This document shows, piece by piece, positions 13,083-26,944 of a DNA stretch of 64,000 nucleotides; the first letter of the stretch is position 1; every line of letters starts with the position of its first letter. Made by a program: the position numbers and the translations under genes. The notes beneath the pieces were generated by a model. It worked only from the letters and a program-made list of their open reading frames with translations, ran no database searches and was not told the DNA's origin. The DNA lies in NCBI GenBank assembly GCA_013265495.1, contig MU058824.1, positions 310,001-374,000 of the forward strand, read 5' to 3'. The stretch comes from Vicugna vicugna. Taxonomy: Eukaryota.

Positions 13083-14281
13083 CTGAAGAAGACACAAGGT
13101 AGTTATCACATAAAATGACTGAGTAATTTATAATCTATTTAAAGGAAAGGGGTAAGACAGATCACCAGCACATAATACAGTATTTACAATGGTTTTGAAA
13201 TAGTGGCTTCTCACAAAAATACTGTAATTATGTAGCACAAAGGCAAAAATGTACAACACTAAAAACTTGATACTTCAATCAGGAAGAAAATGACTAACTA
13301 CAACTGCCAGGTGAGAAAAAACTATATTAGGTATTAGCTCACTGCATTCTCTGGCTTCACCCTGTAAAACTGCTCACAAAAAGGGAAGGAAGGTGTGTAG
13401 AAGCCAGCCCCTCTCAGCCATCGGTGTCCCTAGACTCTAGGCTTCATTGCACAACCAATGAGAACTGCACAGCTGGTCTCTTCTGCGATTCAGGAGGACA
13501 AACCATAATACAATTTCTTGTAACCTCTGAGGTCTCCCATCCACTCCTTCTAACCTCCCTCCTCCAATTTTTTAACATCTAGGCAGTGATTTCAAATCTC
13601 AGAAAACAAGTGGGCAGGAATGATGAGGTGGTGGTGGTATAACAAAATACTCTGCAGTGCATTCTGGAGGATGTGGTCTCCACAAGTAAAGAACTTTAAA
13701 AGGATCAAAGAATGAACAAGCTTGGTAATAGTATGTTTAGGAAACCTGAATTTCATACATGCCATTGCTTCCGTATATAGGGAACCAGGCAATAAAGAAG
13801 ATGCCATGTTAGTAGAACAAGAATACACTGCATGAAAGCCAGGCAGAAAAAAGGAATTTAAGTGGGAGTCATGCTCTACCTGCTTTCCAGCCATGGTCTA
13901 AGATGGCGTTCTCCATAACACAAATGACCAAAGGTAGGATCAAAGGCAATCTATGCCACATAGTTAATCTAAATATATATCATCTTATTTGAAAGATAAA
14001 GAGAAAAATTCAGAAAAGGCTATATGAAAACATACTATAGGACAGGGAAAAAAGGAACACCATCAGAAAGAATAGCATACCTCAGAAAATGATCTAGAGA
14101 AGGATCCAGAGGAAAATTTCAGGCAATATTTGGCATCCTTGACTTGTGCAAAGAGATGGACTCTATAAAGTGAAACAGAATATCCTAAGAAAAAGATAAT
14201 CTGAAATGAAAAGGTAATGAAAGGAGGTAAAAAGGAAAAAAGCTGAGATAAAAAGAAATATTGATGAGAGAAGGAAATTTA

Positions 14282-14735
14282 TAATGGAATACTATTCAGC
14301 CATAAAAAAGAATGAAATAATGTCAACTACAGCAACATAGATGGACCTAGAGATTATCATACTAAGTGAAGTAAGTCAGACAGAGAAAGACAAATATCAT
14401 ATGATATCACTTGTATGTGGAATCTAAAAAAAATGACACAAATGAACTTATTTACAAATAGAAACAGGCCCACAGACATAGAAAACAGACCTGTGGTTGC
14501 CAAAGGAGAAAGGAGGGGAAGAATAAATTAGGAGTTTGGGATTTATAGATACTAACTACTATAGATAAAATAGATAAGCAACAAGGACCTACTGTATAGC
14601 ACAAGGAACTATATTCAATATCTTGGAATAACCTATAATAAAAAATAGGAAAAAGAATATATATAACTGAATCACCATGCTATACACTAGAAACTAACAC
14701 AACACAGTAAATCAACTATACTTCAACAAAAAATA
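14282..14735 (+). mobile_element. Artiodactyl-type L1 3' end
   Basis: aatggaatactattcagccataaaaaagaatgaaataatg..ggacctactgtatagcacaaggaactatattcaatatc..aatcaactatacttca. Sibling fragments at about 32800-32915, 34215-34330 (-) and 45681-45960. Confidence 0.9.
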
Positions 14736-15125
14736 TATAACCTAAAATACAATCTATAGGAGGCAAAAAGAAAGCAGAACTTATGGAACAGAAAGTCAAT
14801 TTAGTGTTGTGGAGACAAATTTACAAAGTCCTCCTAGAATGCAGAGGAAAAGGAAAAAAAGGATTAAACTGCATGTTGAAATGAAGTCTAAATAATAATT
14901 ACAAATCTGACTATAATACTGAATGAAAATGTAAGAATCATTTAAAAAAGAGACAATGTGTAATTTCAAAACTAAGTCCACAATAGTTATTTATTAATAA
15001 CTATTAATACTAATTAATAATCATTATCAGATTATATTAACACATATCCAAAGATTGATAAGTGAAAGTGTACTAAATTCCTCAATTTTAAATAGGTAGG
15101 AATCAATAGATGCAGTTTTGCTCTT

Positions 15126-15265
15126 TTTTGGGGGGAGGTCATTAGGTCTATTTATTATTATTATTATTATTAATCATTATCATAATCATTATTATTAATT
15201 TTCCCCGATGGAGGTACTGGGAATTGCTAAGCATGCACTCTACCATTTGAGCTATACCCTCCCCC
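15126..15265 (-). mobile_element. Vic-1-like SINE with an internal ~20 nt deletion through the B box
   Basis: TSD tgcagttttgctctt (15111-15125) / tacagttttactctt (15266-15280). Lacks the aacccaggacctcgtgcatg segment present in sibling copies. Confidence 0.88.
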
Positions 15266-15326
15266 TACAGTTTTACTCTTGACTCTGACTTAGGCTTAAA
15301 GTTTTCAGTAAATTTAAAAGTAATTT

Positions 15327-15469
15327 CTTTTTGGTTTTTTTTTTGGTGAGTGGGAGGGGGAGATAATTAAGTTAATTCATTTAGTTTTGGAGGAGGTACT
15401 GGAGATTGAACCCAGGACGTCCTGTATGCTAAGCATGCACTCCACCACTTGAGCTATACCCTCCCCTCT
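15327..15469 (-). mobile_element. Vic-1-like SINE
   Basis: Perfect 16-bp TSD aatttaaaagtaattt at 15311-15326 and 15470-15485; A and B boxes present. Confidence 0.92.
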
Positions 15470-16176
15470 AATTTAAAAGTAATTTTTAATAGAACCTAAA
15501 GACTATCCTAAAACATTAGGCAATTTGAAACCAAATAACAACAAAAGTAATTCATACACCACAAGACAGAAAACAAAGGAAACAGGAAAAAAAACGCACA
15601 AATTAAGAGAAAAAACAACAAAACACTAATAATACTCAAAGAGCAGAATAACAGAAAAAAGATCAAATTATACATCTTATAACAATGACTATTTATGGGT
15701 AAGACTACTTCACTAAAAGAAAAAGACTCTTAGATTGTCAAAAATCAGACACATATACGTATAATACTCTCTTACTAAAAAAGTGATCCCCAAAAATGTT
15801 AAGTAAAAGGCTTATCAGGAAATATGAAGAAAAGAAAATCAAATATCATGGTATTTGCATACACAAAATTAAAGCCCTCTTTCAAAAAAACAAAGTCATT
15901 GAATGTGAAGAATATTTTACATTTAAATTTGTCAATCAAAGTGCATTACTTTTATAATAAAAATGACAAGTTAAAACATGATGGTGAAATTAATATATAA
16001 TAGAATACATTTATATTACTAAAATTTAAGCATACAATAGAGAGATTTAGGTATAAAGCCACATATCAATTAAAAATTAAAATAATTAAATAGGACAGTG
16101 GAAGAGAATCTACGGAAAATTTCCTACATTCATGCGTTCCTCCTACTGTTGATCCCTGGTTTCACATTCAACTCAC

Positions 16177-16357
16177 CTAGTAAAGCTGCCCAATGAAGTG
16201 GGGTTCGAAATAAGTTATCATAAGATGTTATATTGCAGCTTTCATATGAGGTCAAGACATCAACCACTGTCACATTCCCATCAGCAACCGCAAAGTGAAG
16301 AGGCGTTCGACCCTCATAGTCTTGCCAGTTCAGTAAAGACTCTGTTGGAGCAGCATC
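16177..16357 (-). CDS. INVS: Inversin coding exon (human exon 6), 181 nt, DAAPTESLLNWQDYEGRTPLHFAV...FRTPLHWAALL(G)
   Basis: Translated by hand (absent from the ORF track). Acceptor aaaaatag|GAT, donor CTAG|gtgagt. Phase 0-1. Confidence 0.97.
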
Positions 16358-17290
16358 CTATTTTTAAGGAACCAGAGACTTCAGACATACATGGAATCCT
16401 CAATAAGTCACATGTGATGTAAATAATAATTAACCGAGCAATTTTTGAAACCTCTCTCAGCAGAAGCAAAGTGATAAAATTCAGGGAAAATTATATAGTC
16501 TAAACCTTTAAAATTTTATTTTCATATTTAAATATACGAAGCACAGAAAAGATATAATAAGCAACTATCTAGATTAAATAGAGCTCAACATTTTGCCTAA
16601 TGTGTTTTTTATCTGTTACGGATTCAACTAAAGCCATATGCTTTGTATTTTTGCTTCAAGTGTATACACCCGTAAACAATAGATAAATTTTGTGTTTTCA
16701 ATATTTATACTTGTGCATTATACCATGTATATCCCTGAATTTTTCCTTTCAACATTATACTTTTGAACTTTTTATTTCAACACTATACATCTGGGTGTCT
16801 ATGTTGATACTAGTTCATGTATTAAACCACAATTTAGTTATCCATTCTGCTACTGAGGGACATTTAGGTTATTTACATTTTTTCCACTACTAACAATAAT
16901 GCTGCAGTGAACACACTTCTTTACATGCCCCCTTATGGCACATGTGTGAGATCTGTCTCTAGCCCAGAGACCTACATAGGGAAATTGTTGGGTTGATGGC
17001 TATCTGCATCTTCGACTAGGTATTGTCAGACTGCTTTCCAAATGGTTGTACTAATTAACACACCCATGACAATGTGTAAAAGTTTTTATTTCCCCACATG
17101 CTGGCACAAATTAACCACTTAGTATTCTCAAACTCACATTTTCCCCCTTATAGGTATGAAAAGCATTTCATTGATGCTTTAATTTGTATTTCTTTTATGA
17201 ATGAGGTTGAGATTTTTTATCATATGTTTATTAGCTATTGGGTTTAAACTGACAGTTGACAACATTTGCTCATTTTTCTATTGGATCTTT

Positions 17291-17530
17291 GTAGTAGATA
17301 TGATACACTGCTTAGGTTCCCCTTCAAGACTAAAGGACTTACTTCCCCAGCTGCTGCACGTGCTGCCAGCAGATGACCCTCAACTGTCAGCCTCCTGAAT
17401 TGCTTCAGCTAAAGAGAGTTACCTCACCCAGCATCAGGTCCCTTCTCAGATGAGGTCATATCCAAAGCCAAGCCCTCTTACCCCCATTTGAGAACTCTGA
17501 AGGGCCACCCCAGATTTAGACATGTCTATG
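17291..17530. mobile_element. ERVL LTR fragment (LTR16-like)
   Basis: ccccttcaagactaaagga..ccccagctgctg..cctcaactgtcagcc..aactctgaagggcca. Confidence 0.6.
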
Positions 17531-17749
17531 TAGTTAGCCTAGTTTCCAAAAAGTGTAGGAAAGGTATTATAAACACCTCAGGAAAAGAAGTAGAATATTA
17601 CCATAGTGATATTCTAGGCCCTTGAGTCTCCCAAGAACTAAGATGTATTAAAAAAAAAAAAAGAAGAAAGAAGAAGGAGGAGGAGGAGGGGGAGGAGGAG
17701 GAGAAGAAGAAGGAGAAAAAAAAGCCAAGTTTGTGAGGAAATAAGATAT

Positions 17750-19480
17750 TATGAGTAAGAATCATCCTCCAAGGACTTCAGATCTTGGAATTAACACATA
17801 AAGAACATAAAATAACTATCTATGAAACAGGTAGAAATTAGAATGAAGTAAAAGGTGAGCAAGGAACAAAAACTATCAAAAAGACCTGACAGATCTGAAA
17901 AACAACCAAATAAAACTTAGAGGTGAAAATATAATCACTAATATTAAAGACTCAGTGAATAAGGTAAACAAGAGATTGCACTCAGCTGAAGAAAGGCTTG
18001 GTAAACTGGAAAGCAGATCAGGTATAATTACCCAGAACGTAGCAGAGAGAAACAAGATGGTAGAAATGTGAAAGAGAGATTAAGAGGCATGGAAAGTAAA
18101 ATGGAAAGGTCTAAAATATGTATTATTGGAGACCCTATAGGTAGGAGTAGAGAGAATGAAAGAGAGGCAATATTTAAACAGACAATAGCTACATATTTTT
18201 CAAAACTGAGATGTAATCATCAGAATGTATATGAAACAGGATTAAAAAACATACAGCTAGACACACTGTAGTAAAGCTGTAGAATGCCATACAGAGAATT
18301 TAAAAGCAGCCTGAGAGAAAATAGATCATCTATAAAGGAATGACAATGAGACCAAACACAGACTCTTCAGGAAGAACAATGAAAAACAGAAAGCAGCAAA
18401 ACAGCAGTCTGAGAGAGCTGAGAAGAGAAACTACCTAGAATTGTGCATACAAGAAAACTATATATTCAAGAGCACAGTAAAATGCAGACATTCTTAACAA
18501 GTAAAATCAGGGAGTTCACCAGATCCTTTAGATCTACGCTAAAGGAAGTTCTAAGAATTGTATTTTAGGAGGTAAGATAATAATTTAGAAGAAAAATTTG
18601 AGATTCACGAAGAAATGCAGAGCAAAGAAATCAGTTAATAACATGCAAGTAGAGATAAATTATCATTGTATAAATAAAATAATATCTTTAAAAGTCTAAT
18701 TTGTGTGTTATAAGCAAATAGGACTAAACATTAGATTACTATAGCATACAAGTTCAAATTTAGGAAGGAGTGACTAGAAAACCTCAAAAAAATCTACTGA
18801 TAAATACTCAAGATTACTAAGAAAGTATAGCAAGTTGGTTAGATACATAATTAATGGACAAAACTATCAGTTGCATTCTATACACCTGCAACAACCAGTT
18901 AAATATACACCTTAGATATGCTAAAAGAATAAGTTCAAAGCAGTATTATTTCTAAATAGCAAAAAAAAAAAAAAAAGAAATAGTTCCAAATGTCAGTCAG
19001 TAACAGAATGAATAATGTGTGGTTTATTCGTGACATGGAATACCATATAGAAGTAAAAAGTAATATATTACAGCTACATACAGCAACATAGATAAAATCA
19101 CCAGCATAATATTGAGCAAGAGAAAAGCATGTTGCAAAATACACACAATATGATTCTATGTATATAAAATTCAAAAACATTAAAACTAAACCATATATTC
19201 TTTAGGGATACAATATATGTGGCAGAACTACAGTAAAAATCAGTCGAATGATAAACACAAAATTGAAGCTAGTGGCCACCTCTGAGAAAGGAGAGAGTGG
19301 AATGGTACTGGGAAGTACCCAGGGAACCTCAGAGGCAATGGTAATGCACGTGGCTCCTCAATTCAGTGATGAGAACATGAGTATTTGTTGTCTCCTTATT
19401 CTTTGTATCTTATATGTATTATATAACTATTCACTTATATCTATTTGTTATTTAATAAGAACAAGTCTAAAACAAAGTTG
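17750..19480 (+). mobile_element. Old L1 remnants (ORF1-like and 3' UTR; L1ME-like)
   Basis: A-rich sense-strand L1 sequence. ORF 18068 (ERSKICIIGDP..E..EAIFK) resembles the L1 ORF1p motif RxNIxIIGVPE. Confidence 0.7.
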
Positions 19481-19762
19481 GATGTGATAAATATAAATTC
19501 ATAAAAGTAGTTGATGGGGGACAGGAATGAGCATGGTACAGGGGGAGAGGATGCATTTGGTAACCTGCACATAGGAAACATCTATGTGGTCTTAAACAGT
19601 AGTATTAAAATGTCCTATTTCTTGGGTAATGAGTTCACATGTTTGTTGTATTCTTTTGCTTCATAATTTGTGTGTCATATATATGATTTGCAAAAATTGG
19701 ATATTTCATAATACAGTTTTTTTTGAAAGGCCATCCAGGTCTAGCAGCACCACTGTACCCAC

Positions 19763-19930
19763 CAGAATGCATCGCACTGTATGAACAGCACTTGGATCTT
19801 TGTGGTTGGCCGCCCAGTGAAGTGGGATTTTGCCTTCAACATCAGGAATTCCAATGTTGGAATCATGTTTGATAAGCAGCTTCACATGCTCAGGGTTATT
19901 ATAGTAGGCACTCCAATGCAGAGCTGTTTG
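19763..19930 (-). CDS. INVS: Inversin coding exon (human exon 5), 168 nt, QTALHWSAYY...HTVRCIL
   Basis: Acceptor ttttgcag|CAA, donor CTG|gtgggt. In frame with the previous exon; ankyrin motifs TALHW and IPLHWAA. Confidence 0.98.
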
Positions 19931-19959
19931 CTGCAAAATTGAGAAATTCTTAAAATAAC

Positions 19960-20230
19960 AACAATAACAACAGTAATGGTGACAAAACAACAAACTTTTC
20001 CCAAGCTTTTATTCCGTGACAGGTACTGTTGTAGGAGTTTTACATGTTTTATCTCATGTAGTCATCATGACAACTCTGAGGGATGAGTACTCTTGAATTT
20101 GCATGTGATTGATGAGGAAACTGAGCATGAGGAGGACAAGGAATCTGCTCAAGGGTGTAAAGGTAGTAAGTGGCTGAACAGAGATTTTAACCCAGGCGTC
20201 TGACACTGGAATCTGACATCTTAATCATGG
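19960..20230. mobile_element. MIR SINE (others at about 790-880, 5590-5710, 12720-12830, 22720-23240)
   Basis: MIR core gatgaggaaactgag / cagtttcctcatctgtaaaatgggg. Confidence 0.7.
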
Positions 20231-20329
20231 CAGAGATTTAGGTCATCAAGTACTAATAAATGGCAAAATACTAAGAAAGGGAAAAGCAGCCCAATAATTC
20301 ATGAATAATTATCAACAAAGTAAGTGATG

Positions 20330-22060
20330 AACTTGATAACTGCACCAGGCACCTTAAGAATTTGAGAGGTTTTAAATTTCAGTATCTACCAGAAAAGATT
20401 CATGTATAGGAAATCATGGACCTGGAATCCATTTCTTATACCAAAGGATACATTTTAAATTTAACTATAATTTTATGGATAAATTGTTAGACCTAGTTAC
20501 TGATGTTAAGATAGATTCTAAAAATACAGCAACACTTGCTTTATTTTAGATAAAAGTTAAAAATGAACATCCTGAATTTGTTGATGTTGTTTTAAAATCT
20601 CTTCTGCCATTCTCATGTCATACTGGTTTCCCTATTAGGAGAATTATTAAGAAAACACATAAAAACTGTTTAGATATATATTATCCCTTGCAAATAGCAT
20701 TGTCATCAATACAGTCTAGAATTAGATCACTTAACAGCAGGAAACAAGCTCATTTGTCACATTACGAACTTTAAATGTTGACATACGTGGTATTCATTCA
20801 AAGTGTACCTATAGGCATCTAACATGAAGAGTTACTATTGTTTAGTGACAACTACAGAACAAAAAAGGTCACAAATATCACATCAATTAATTGCCTATAA
20901 CCACAATTTCAGTAAACCACAATTACAGTTTCTGTAATTCTTTTCCTTTTCTATGTTACATTTGTTCTGAATATACTTACTGAAATATGTATGTCTGTTG
21001 AACCTAAGAGTAAAAACTTAAGGATTGTATTTTTTTTACATCTTTGTTTTTTATTTTTCAAGTAATTTTTTTTTTACCTGTGGTAAAACGTACATAACAT
21101 AAAATTTACCATTTTGACTGTTTTTAAGTCTAGAGTTCAGTGGCATTAATTCACACTGTTAAGCAACCATCAGCAACATTCATCTCTAGAATTTTTTCAT
21201 CTTCCCAAACTGAAACTCCACACCCATTTAACAAAAACTCCCAAGTCCCACCTCCTCCCAGCCCCCTGGCAACCACCATTCTAAATTCTGTCTCTATGAA
21301 TTTGGCTATTCTAAGTAACCCATAAATGGAATCATACAATAGTTGTCCCTTTGTGTCTGACTTATTTCACTCGGCATAATGTCCTCAAAGTTTATCCACG
21401 TTGTACCATGTGTCAGAATTCCATTCCTTTTTAAGGCTGAATAATATTCCACTGCATGGATATGCTGCATTTTGTTTATCTAGTTGTCATCAATAGACAT
21501 TTGGGTTGTTTCAAATTTTGGGGTATTGTGAGTAATGCTGTTATGAACATAGATGTACAAATATCTGTTTGCATTCCTGATTTCAATTCTTTTGGATATA
21601 TAACCAGAAGATTTACTATATCATATAGTAGTTCTATGTTAAATTTTTTGAAGAATCACCATACTCTTTTCCACAGTGGCTGCACCACTTTACATTCCTA
21701 CCACCAGTGCACAAGGGTTCAAATCTCTCCACATCCTCACCAACACTTGTTATTTTCATTTTTTGTGTTAATAACTATCCTAAAGGGTATGAAGTGCTAT
21801 CTCATTGTGGTTTTTGATTTGTGTTTCCCTAATGATTTGTGATATTGAGCATCTTTTCATATGCTTATTGGCCATTTGTGTATCTTCTTTGAAGAAATGT
21901 CTGTTCAAATTCTTTGTCCATTTTTTAACAGGGTTGTTTGGCTTTTTATTGTTTATTTCTAATGTCTTTTATAAGATTATTTGTCTGTGACAAAGTAGAA
22001 ATTAAAAAAAATATAACAACAACGGATCCTGCGCCTCAGATGATTTGAGACTCATTGCTT
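20330..22060 (+). mobile_element. Charlie1-like hAT transposon 3' part, interrupted by an L1 (about 21065-21960)
   Basis: Transposase C-terminal remnant (taaaagttaaaaatgaacatcctgaa..ctcttctgccattc..gaaacaagctcatttgtcacatta). Terminal-like gatgatttgagactcattg near 22040-22057. Confidence 0.65.
21065..21960 (-). mobile_element. L1 3' end (L1MA/L1MB-like)
   Basis: Typical antisense L1 3' sequence: ccttttccacagtggctgcacc-like tract, tctccacatcctcaccaacacttg, gagcatcttttcatatgcttattggccatttg. Confidence 0.9.
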
Positions 22061-23325
22061 AGGTTTTTGTCTTTCTTCTTCGTGTCTGCCTGGACTATGC
22101 AGATCCATTTTCCATCTGTCTAAATGAATAACCTCCCTACTCTGTTCAAGAATATACAGGGACTGGAAGACAGCAGGAAGTTCACAGAATATACTGGGGA
22201 AGACATGAAGCCCAAAGACGGTTATAGCTCCTTAAGTGATTAATGGGTCTTTGTGGATTGATCAAAGTGCTTTTTTTAGTGAAATATTAGCACTCTAAAT
22301 GCTGTGAGTTAGGAATAATATTAATTTACAATAGTTGTAAAATAAAATTAAAGTTAATTTCAGAACTCTGGGGTATGTGAGTGACTACACTAAGCGAAAT
22401 CTAAAAATTACATAAAGAACAGAGAATGAAAACATGACTGAATATAAACCCAGTGAATCAATCATTAAGAGTTTTAATTACATGGGAGTGCTAGAGTCAG
22501 CAAGACTCTATGATTAAGTGCCTGATAAAAAGGAAGAGGATGATTGCATTTGTCCAACTAAAGACCATATTTTTTTCCTAGAAAGAATGATCAGAGCATT
22601 GATCAAAACAATGACCAGTGTATATATGTTAAAATTCAAGAGCAGGGAAGATAATGGACCCTAGTAACAATGCCAGAGCAGATGTTAGAATCAAAATGAA
22701 ACAAATAATAAAAACTTTACAGCTAATTTTTATTGAGAGCATACTATGCACTGGTCATATGCTAAATACATGACATGTATCGTCTTATTTTATCAACAAC
22801 CCTATTACCCCCTTTTCACATATGAGAAAACTGAGGCATAGAGGAGTTAAGTAATTTGCCCAAGCACATAGAAAAAGCAGTGGCTTCCACACTAAAACCC
22901 AAGAAAAATGGTGCCAAATCCCAGGCCATTAAAGCACTGTGCACTTAGAACATTACCCGGGGCATTTGGCCACCACAAATCTCACCACTGAGAGCAACTG
23001 TCACGACTAGTCAAATACTGAGTTTTGGAGTTAGGCAGACCTGGGTTTGAATTCTAGTCCTGTTACTTGGCTCTTGGTCAGACCTTTAATCTTCTTGAGC
23101 TTCAGTTTACCCATATGTAAAAAGCTGATACTACTCACCACGCATAGTTGCTAAGAGGATAAAATGACAGAATTTAAGTGAAATGCTTTACTGGGGTGTA
23201 TGGAGACTTGGCATTGTTCCACCACGCATGAGTGGTGATTTAGGCCTTTTTCCTTGAGGTTTCACATCGTAAAAGGACGCATTTGCTTTCTGCTTTATTT
23301 GCCTTTGACTTTGACAGTTCATTAC

Positions 23326-23499
23326 CTTGTTTTTATCTTGTGTATCTACTTCTCCCGGTGCCATAAACTTCAGCAGAAGCGCCAAACACTTAGGGCTCTT
23401 GTGCCGGGTGGTCAAGTGTAAAGGAGTCATTTCTTCCAGATCCTTCTGCATCCAGTTTGCTCTGCGAGTAAGTAAGAGTTTCATGAAACGATAATTCCC
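23326..23499 (-). CDS. INVS: Inversin coding exon (equivalent to human exon 4), 174 nt, GNYRFMKLLL...EVDTQDKNK
   Basis: Translation matches recalled inversin ankyrin repeats. Acceptor tttag|GGG at 23501-23500, donor AAG|gtaat at 23325-23324. Phase 0-0. Confidence 0.98.
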
Positions 23500-26400
23500 C
23501 TAAATGAAAAACAAGAGACAATAAGAAGAAATTTAGCTTGAAGCCAAAAAAATTTTTTTATTTTAAAATGTTTTAAGTATTTTAATTATTTTGCTAGAAT
23601 AATAACATTCAGATAAATTATAAAAGGAAAAATACTTACAATTCTACAACTCTATCAATTGTCTTATTTTTTCATGTTTCCTTCCAACCACTTTCTATAT
23701 GCATACAGTTTACTTAATGGCTGGTCAATATTTCATTGTGTTAAGGCAAGATAGTTTATTTAACCATTCTATTACCGCCTGCAGTATTTTCTTTATAGCA
23801 TATGCTACAATGAACATGATTTTCACATAGTTTTGTTTTTCATGGAATAAATTATCAGGAACCAAATTACTAGGTCAAAAGAGTTTGTATATTTTATGGT
23901 TTTTGGTGTATTTACCAAATTGCTATCTAGTAACAACAATGTATGAATGTATTAGTTGCAGCACAATCTGACCTGTATAGCACATATTATTTATATTTAA
24001 ACTATAACAACTTTGTGAAATAAACAGAGATTTTATACCTCAATTTATAGGTGAGGGAAGTGAGATTCAAAAGGGTTAAATGTTTTGTTCAAAGTCCTTT
24101 GGTTAATAAGGAAAAGGTGATTAGGCTTCTTGATGAGAGCTATTTATAGGTACAACTTAGGTAGAAGCAGCTTCCTCAAAGTTTGGGTCCCAGACTTTTA
24201 TGGTCACATAAATACCAACCCAGAAGTCCCTGTAGGCCACTCACTTGCAGGCAATGCTCTCCACATCAGTTAAACCCTTCATTCTGGCAGAAATCAACCC
24301 ATCTGGAGAAAGAAGTTTAGCTACAAGCCTTAGAGCAATACATTGTGGGGATTCAGGTCAACTGTTACAGAGCATGTCTGTGTGAGCTTTGAAACTCTCG
24401 AAAAATAGTTCTTTCGAGCTCTTTCCTGGGATCTAGTTCCATATTTCCAATTCTGGTTGGATCCTTCATTATGCTGGGTACCTGAGATATTTCAAAATTA
24501 ACATGAACAAACTGCATTGCATGATCAAGTTCTCTGCCTACTTCATGCCTATTTCCTCTCCCTACTCAAAGCAGAGTGGCAGGCAGGGTTTCCTGTCTTT
24601 TTCATTTTCTGAGACCTTCTACATCCTTAATGTTGTTGGAAACGTGACCTTTAAGTATTATAATTATAATGGACTAATGTTCTACTATCAAGGGCTATCA
24701 CTATTAGTAAGGAAGTCATTTGCTAACTGAGCAGGTGCCCCACTGTGATGAATGTGAGGATCTAAGGCAAAGGGGATTAGCTAGAGTAACAGTGAGGTGT
24801 AGAAGGATGGATGAGACTTGTCTGCTTGCCCACAGGGGCAGAGACAGGATTTAACTCAGCTCCATGGCTGGGACAGAGATAAGGAAGAACACAGCTAGGA
24901 AAAGGGCTGGTAAGATGCACAAACTTGGAACCGACTGAAAACAAATGGATGCAGCTCAGTTATTTCCTTTCAGAGAGGCTACCTTGACCACGCTAAGTAG
25001 AACCTATTTTGTTCTCCTTTATTGTAGTACTCTTTCATTTCCTTCACAGTACTCTCTCCAGTTTGTAGTTACATATATATTTGTTCATTTCCCTTCACTG
25101 AGATCTCCCTCAAAGGCAGTTAGCATCATGAAGGCAGAGATGATGTTTTATTGACCACTGTGCTCGGCGTGGTTCCCAGCACAGAATTAGGTGCTTAATA
25201 AAAATTACTTGAAGAATTGAGTGAATAAGAGGAAATAAAATATCTACCTTACATTTTTGTTTTTATTTAAAAATACTTATTTATAGTTGCTAAATTAGAT
25301 CACAACAGTTAAGAATCTTAATTTTCAAATATCTGGTATTTGGTTACTCCTACTTTTGAATGTTTCATTTATCTAAGTTTCATTCATAGTGGACGTCATT
25401 TATCTGGATTTTCTCATTTCACCCAAAGCCAGTTTTTGAGAAGGTGCTAAAATTTCCTCAAGAGGGCACCCTGCTCTAAATCTCTTGCCATCTTTTCTTT
25501 GAAAAAAGGAAATAAAAAAGTCCTGAAAAAACAAATCTATGTGATACTTCATACAAAAAAAAATAAGGTTTGACCTTTCTGAGCATAACATTTCAAATAT
25601 TACAGAATAATTCATCATGACCTTTTAAAGATATTCAATCAGATAATCATTGTGATTTTGAAATCTAGAGGAAGAGGGAAGGAGAAGAAGGAAACTAGAA
25701 ATATGTTATAGACACAGTGCTCGGGATATTTATATTTTACATCATTCTGGGGATTCTACCTACACAAAACGTGATACATCTCAGTAATAATTACCCATTC
25801 ATTCAACAAACATTCATTGAGCCTTGTTATAAACTAGGCAATAGTAAAATGTTTGCACTTTACTTATTAGAAAGGTCTTTCACATAGATTTCATCTTTGC
25901 TCCTCAGAAGTACCGTGGAAATTTTTTACATATTAAATAAAGTATCTTCCAAAAAAAATAAAGTATCTTCCTATGCCTCTATTTCCTCATTGGTAAAATA
26001 GTCATAACAATAGTACCCAAGATTACTGTCCAATATGAAATGATAAAGATAATATTTGTAAAGCACCTTAGAACAGTATACAAAGCAAATGCTCTATAAG
26101 TGTTTGTTAATTTTATTATGAGCAGTTTTCCAATGTGGAGGAGGCAACAAAACATATATGGTCAAGTGGAAAGAAGAATGGCCCATGACAGAGTGCAAGG
26201 AGATAGAAAGATCTGACTGAACACAGTATACAGAGTTCAGCTAGTGATTAAGGAGAGAATCAAGGATAGGGATAGGTAAAAGTAAAGAGCTGGAATATTA
26301 TAAATCACGGGTTTTCTGCTTTTTTTTTTCAAACTGAGAAAGATACCTAGACCTACAGAAGATGGTGATAAAGTACCAACAAGAACATACCCAATGGGAA

Positions 26401-26857
26401 TTTAGCTGGTACCCTGGGGAGGGTCAGCTGCACGATCAGGCCAGCTTCTCCTATTCCAAAGGACAGAGACACATCAGATATCATGTATGAATGCTGGGAC
26501 TAGAAACAATATAATCCATTTAGACCATGGTCAACCTCCTGGGTCTCATGAACAACCATTTACTAAATGCCCAGTGTATGGAAAATCATTTCTGAGGATG
26601 AACAAGGGGACAGACAACTCTTAGAGCTAAAATCAGGAGCGTATTTCTAGCATCACTGGAAAAGAGGAAAATACTAGTTTGAGGCAGCAAGCTAATCTGA
26701 TAACCCCCTGAAGACTGCATGACCCTGGGGACCCACATTATAGGCTGTTTTGATTTCCGTAAAGACCCTTCAATACAAAAGAAAACCAACAAAATGTCTA
26801 AACATTACTCACTATTGCTTGAAATTAGTACTTCTTAAGTTTTCAGGTTTATTTTTA

Positions 26858-26944
26858 TTTTTATCTTTTAATGGCAGTATTGGGGATTGAACCCAGGACC
26901 TTGTGCATGCTAAGCATGCCCTTTACCACTAAGTGATACCCATC
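26858..26944 (-). mobile_element. Vic-1-like SINE (short-tail form) whose extreme 5' end is split off by an LTR and resumes at 27604-27613
   Basis: ggggattgaacccaggacc...taagcatg...gatacc. TSD ggtttattttta (26846-26857) / ggtttattctta (27614-27625). Confidence 0.88.
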
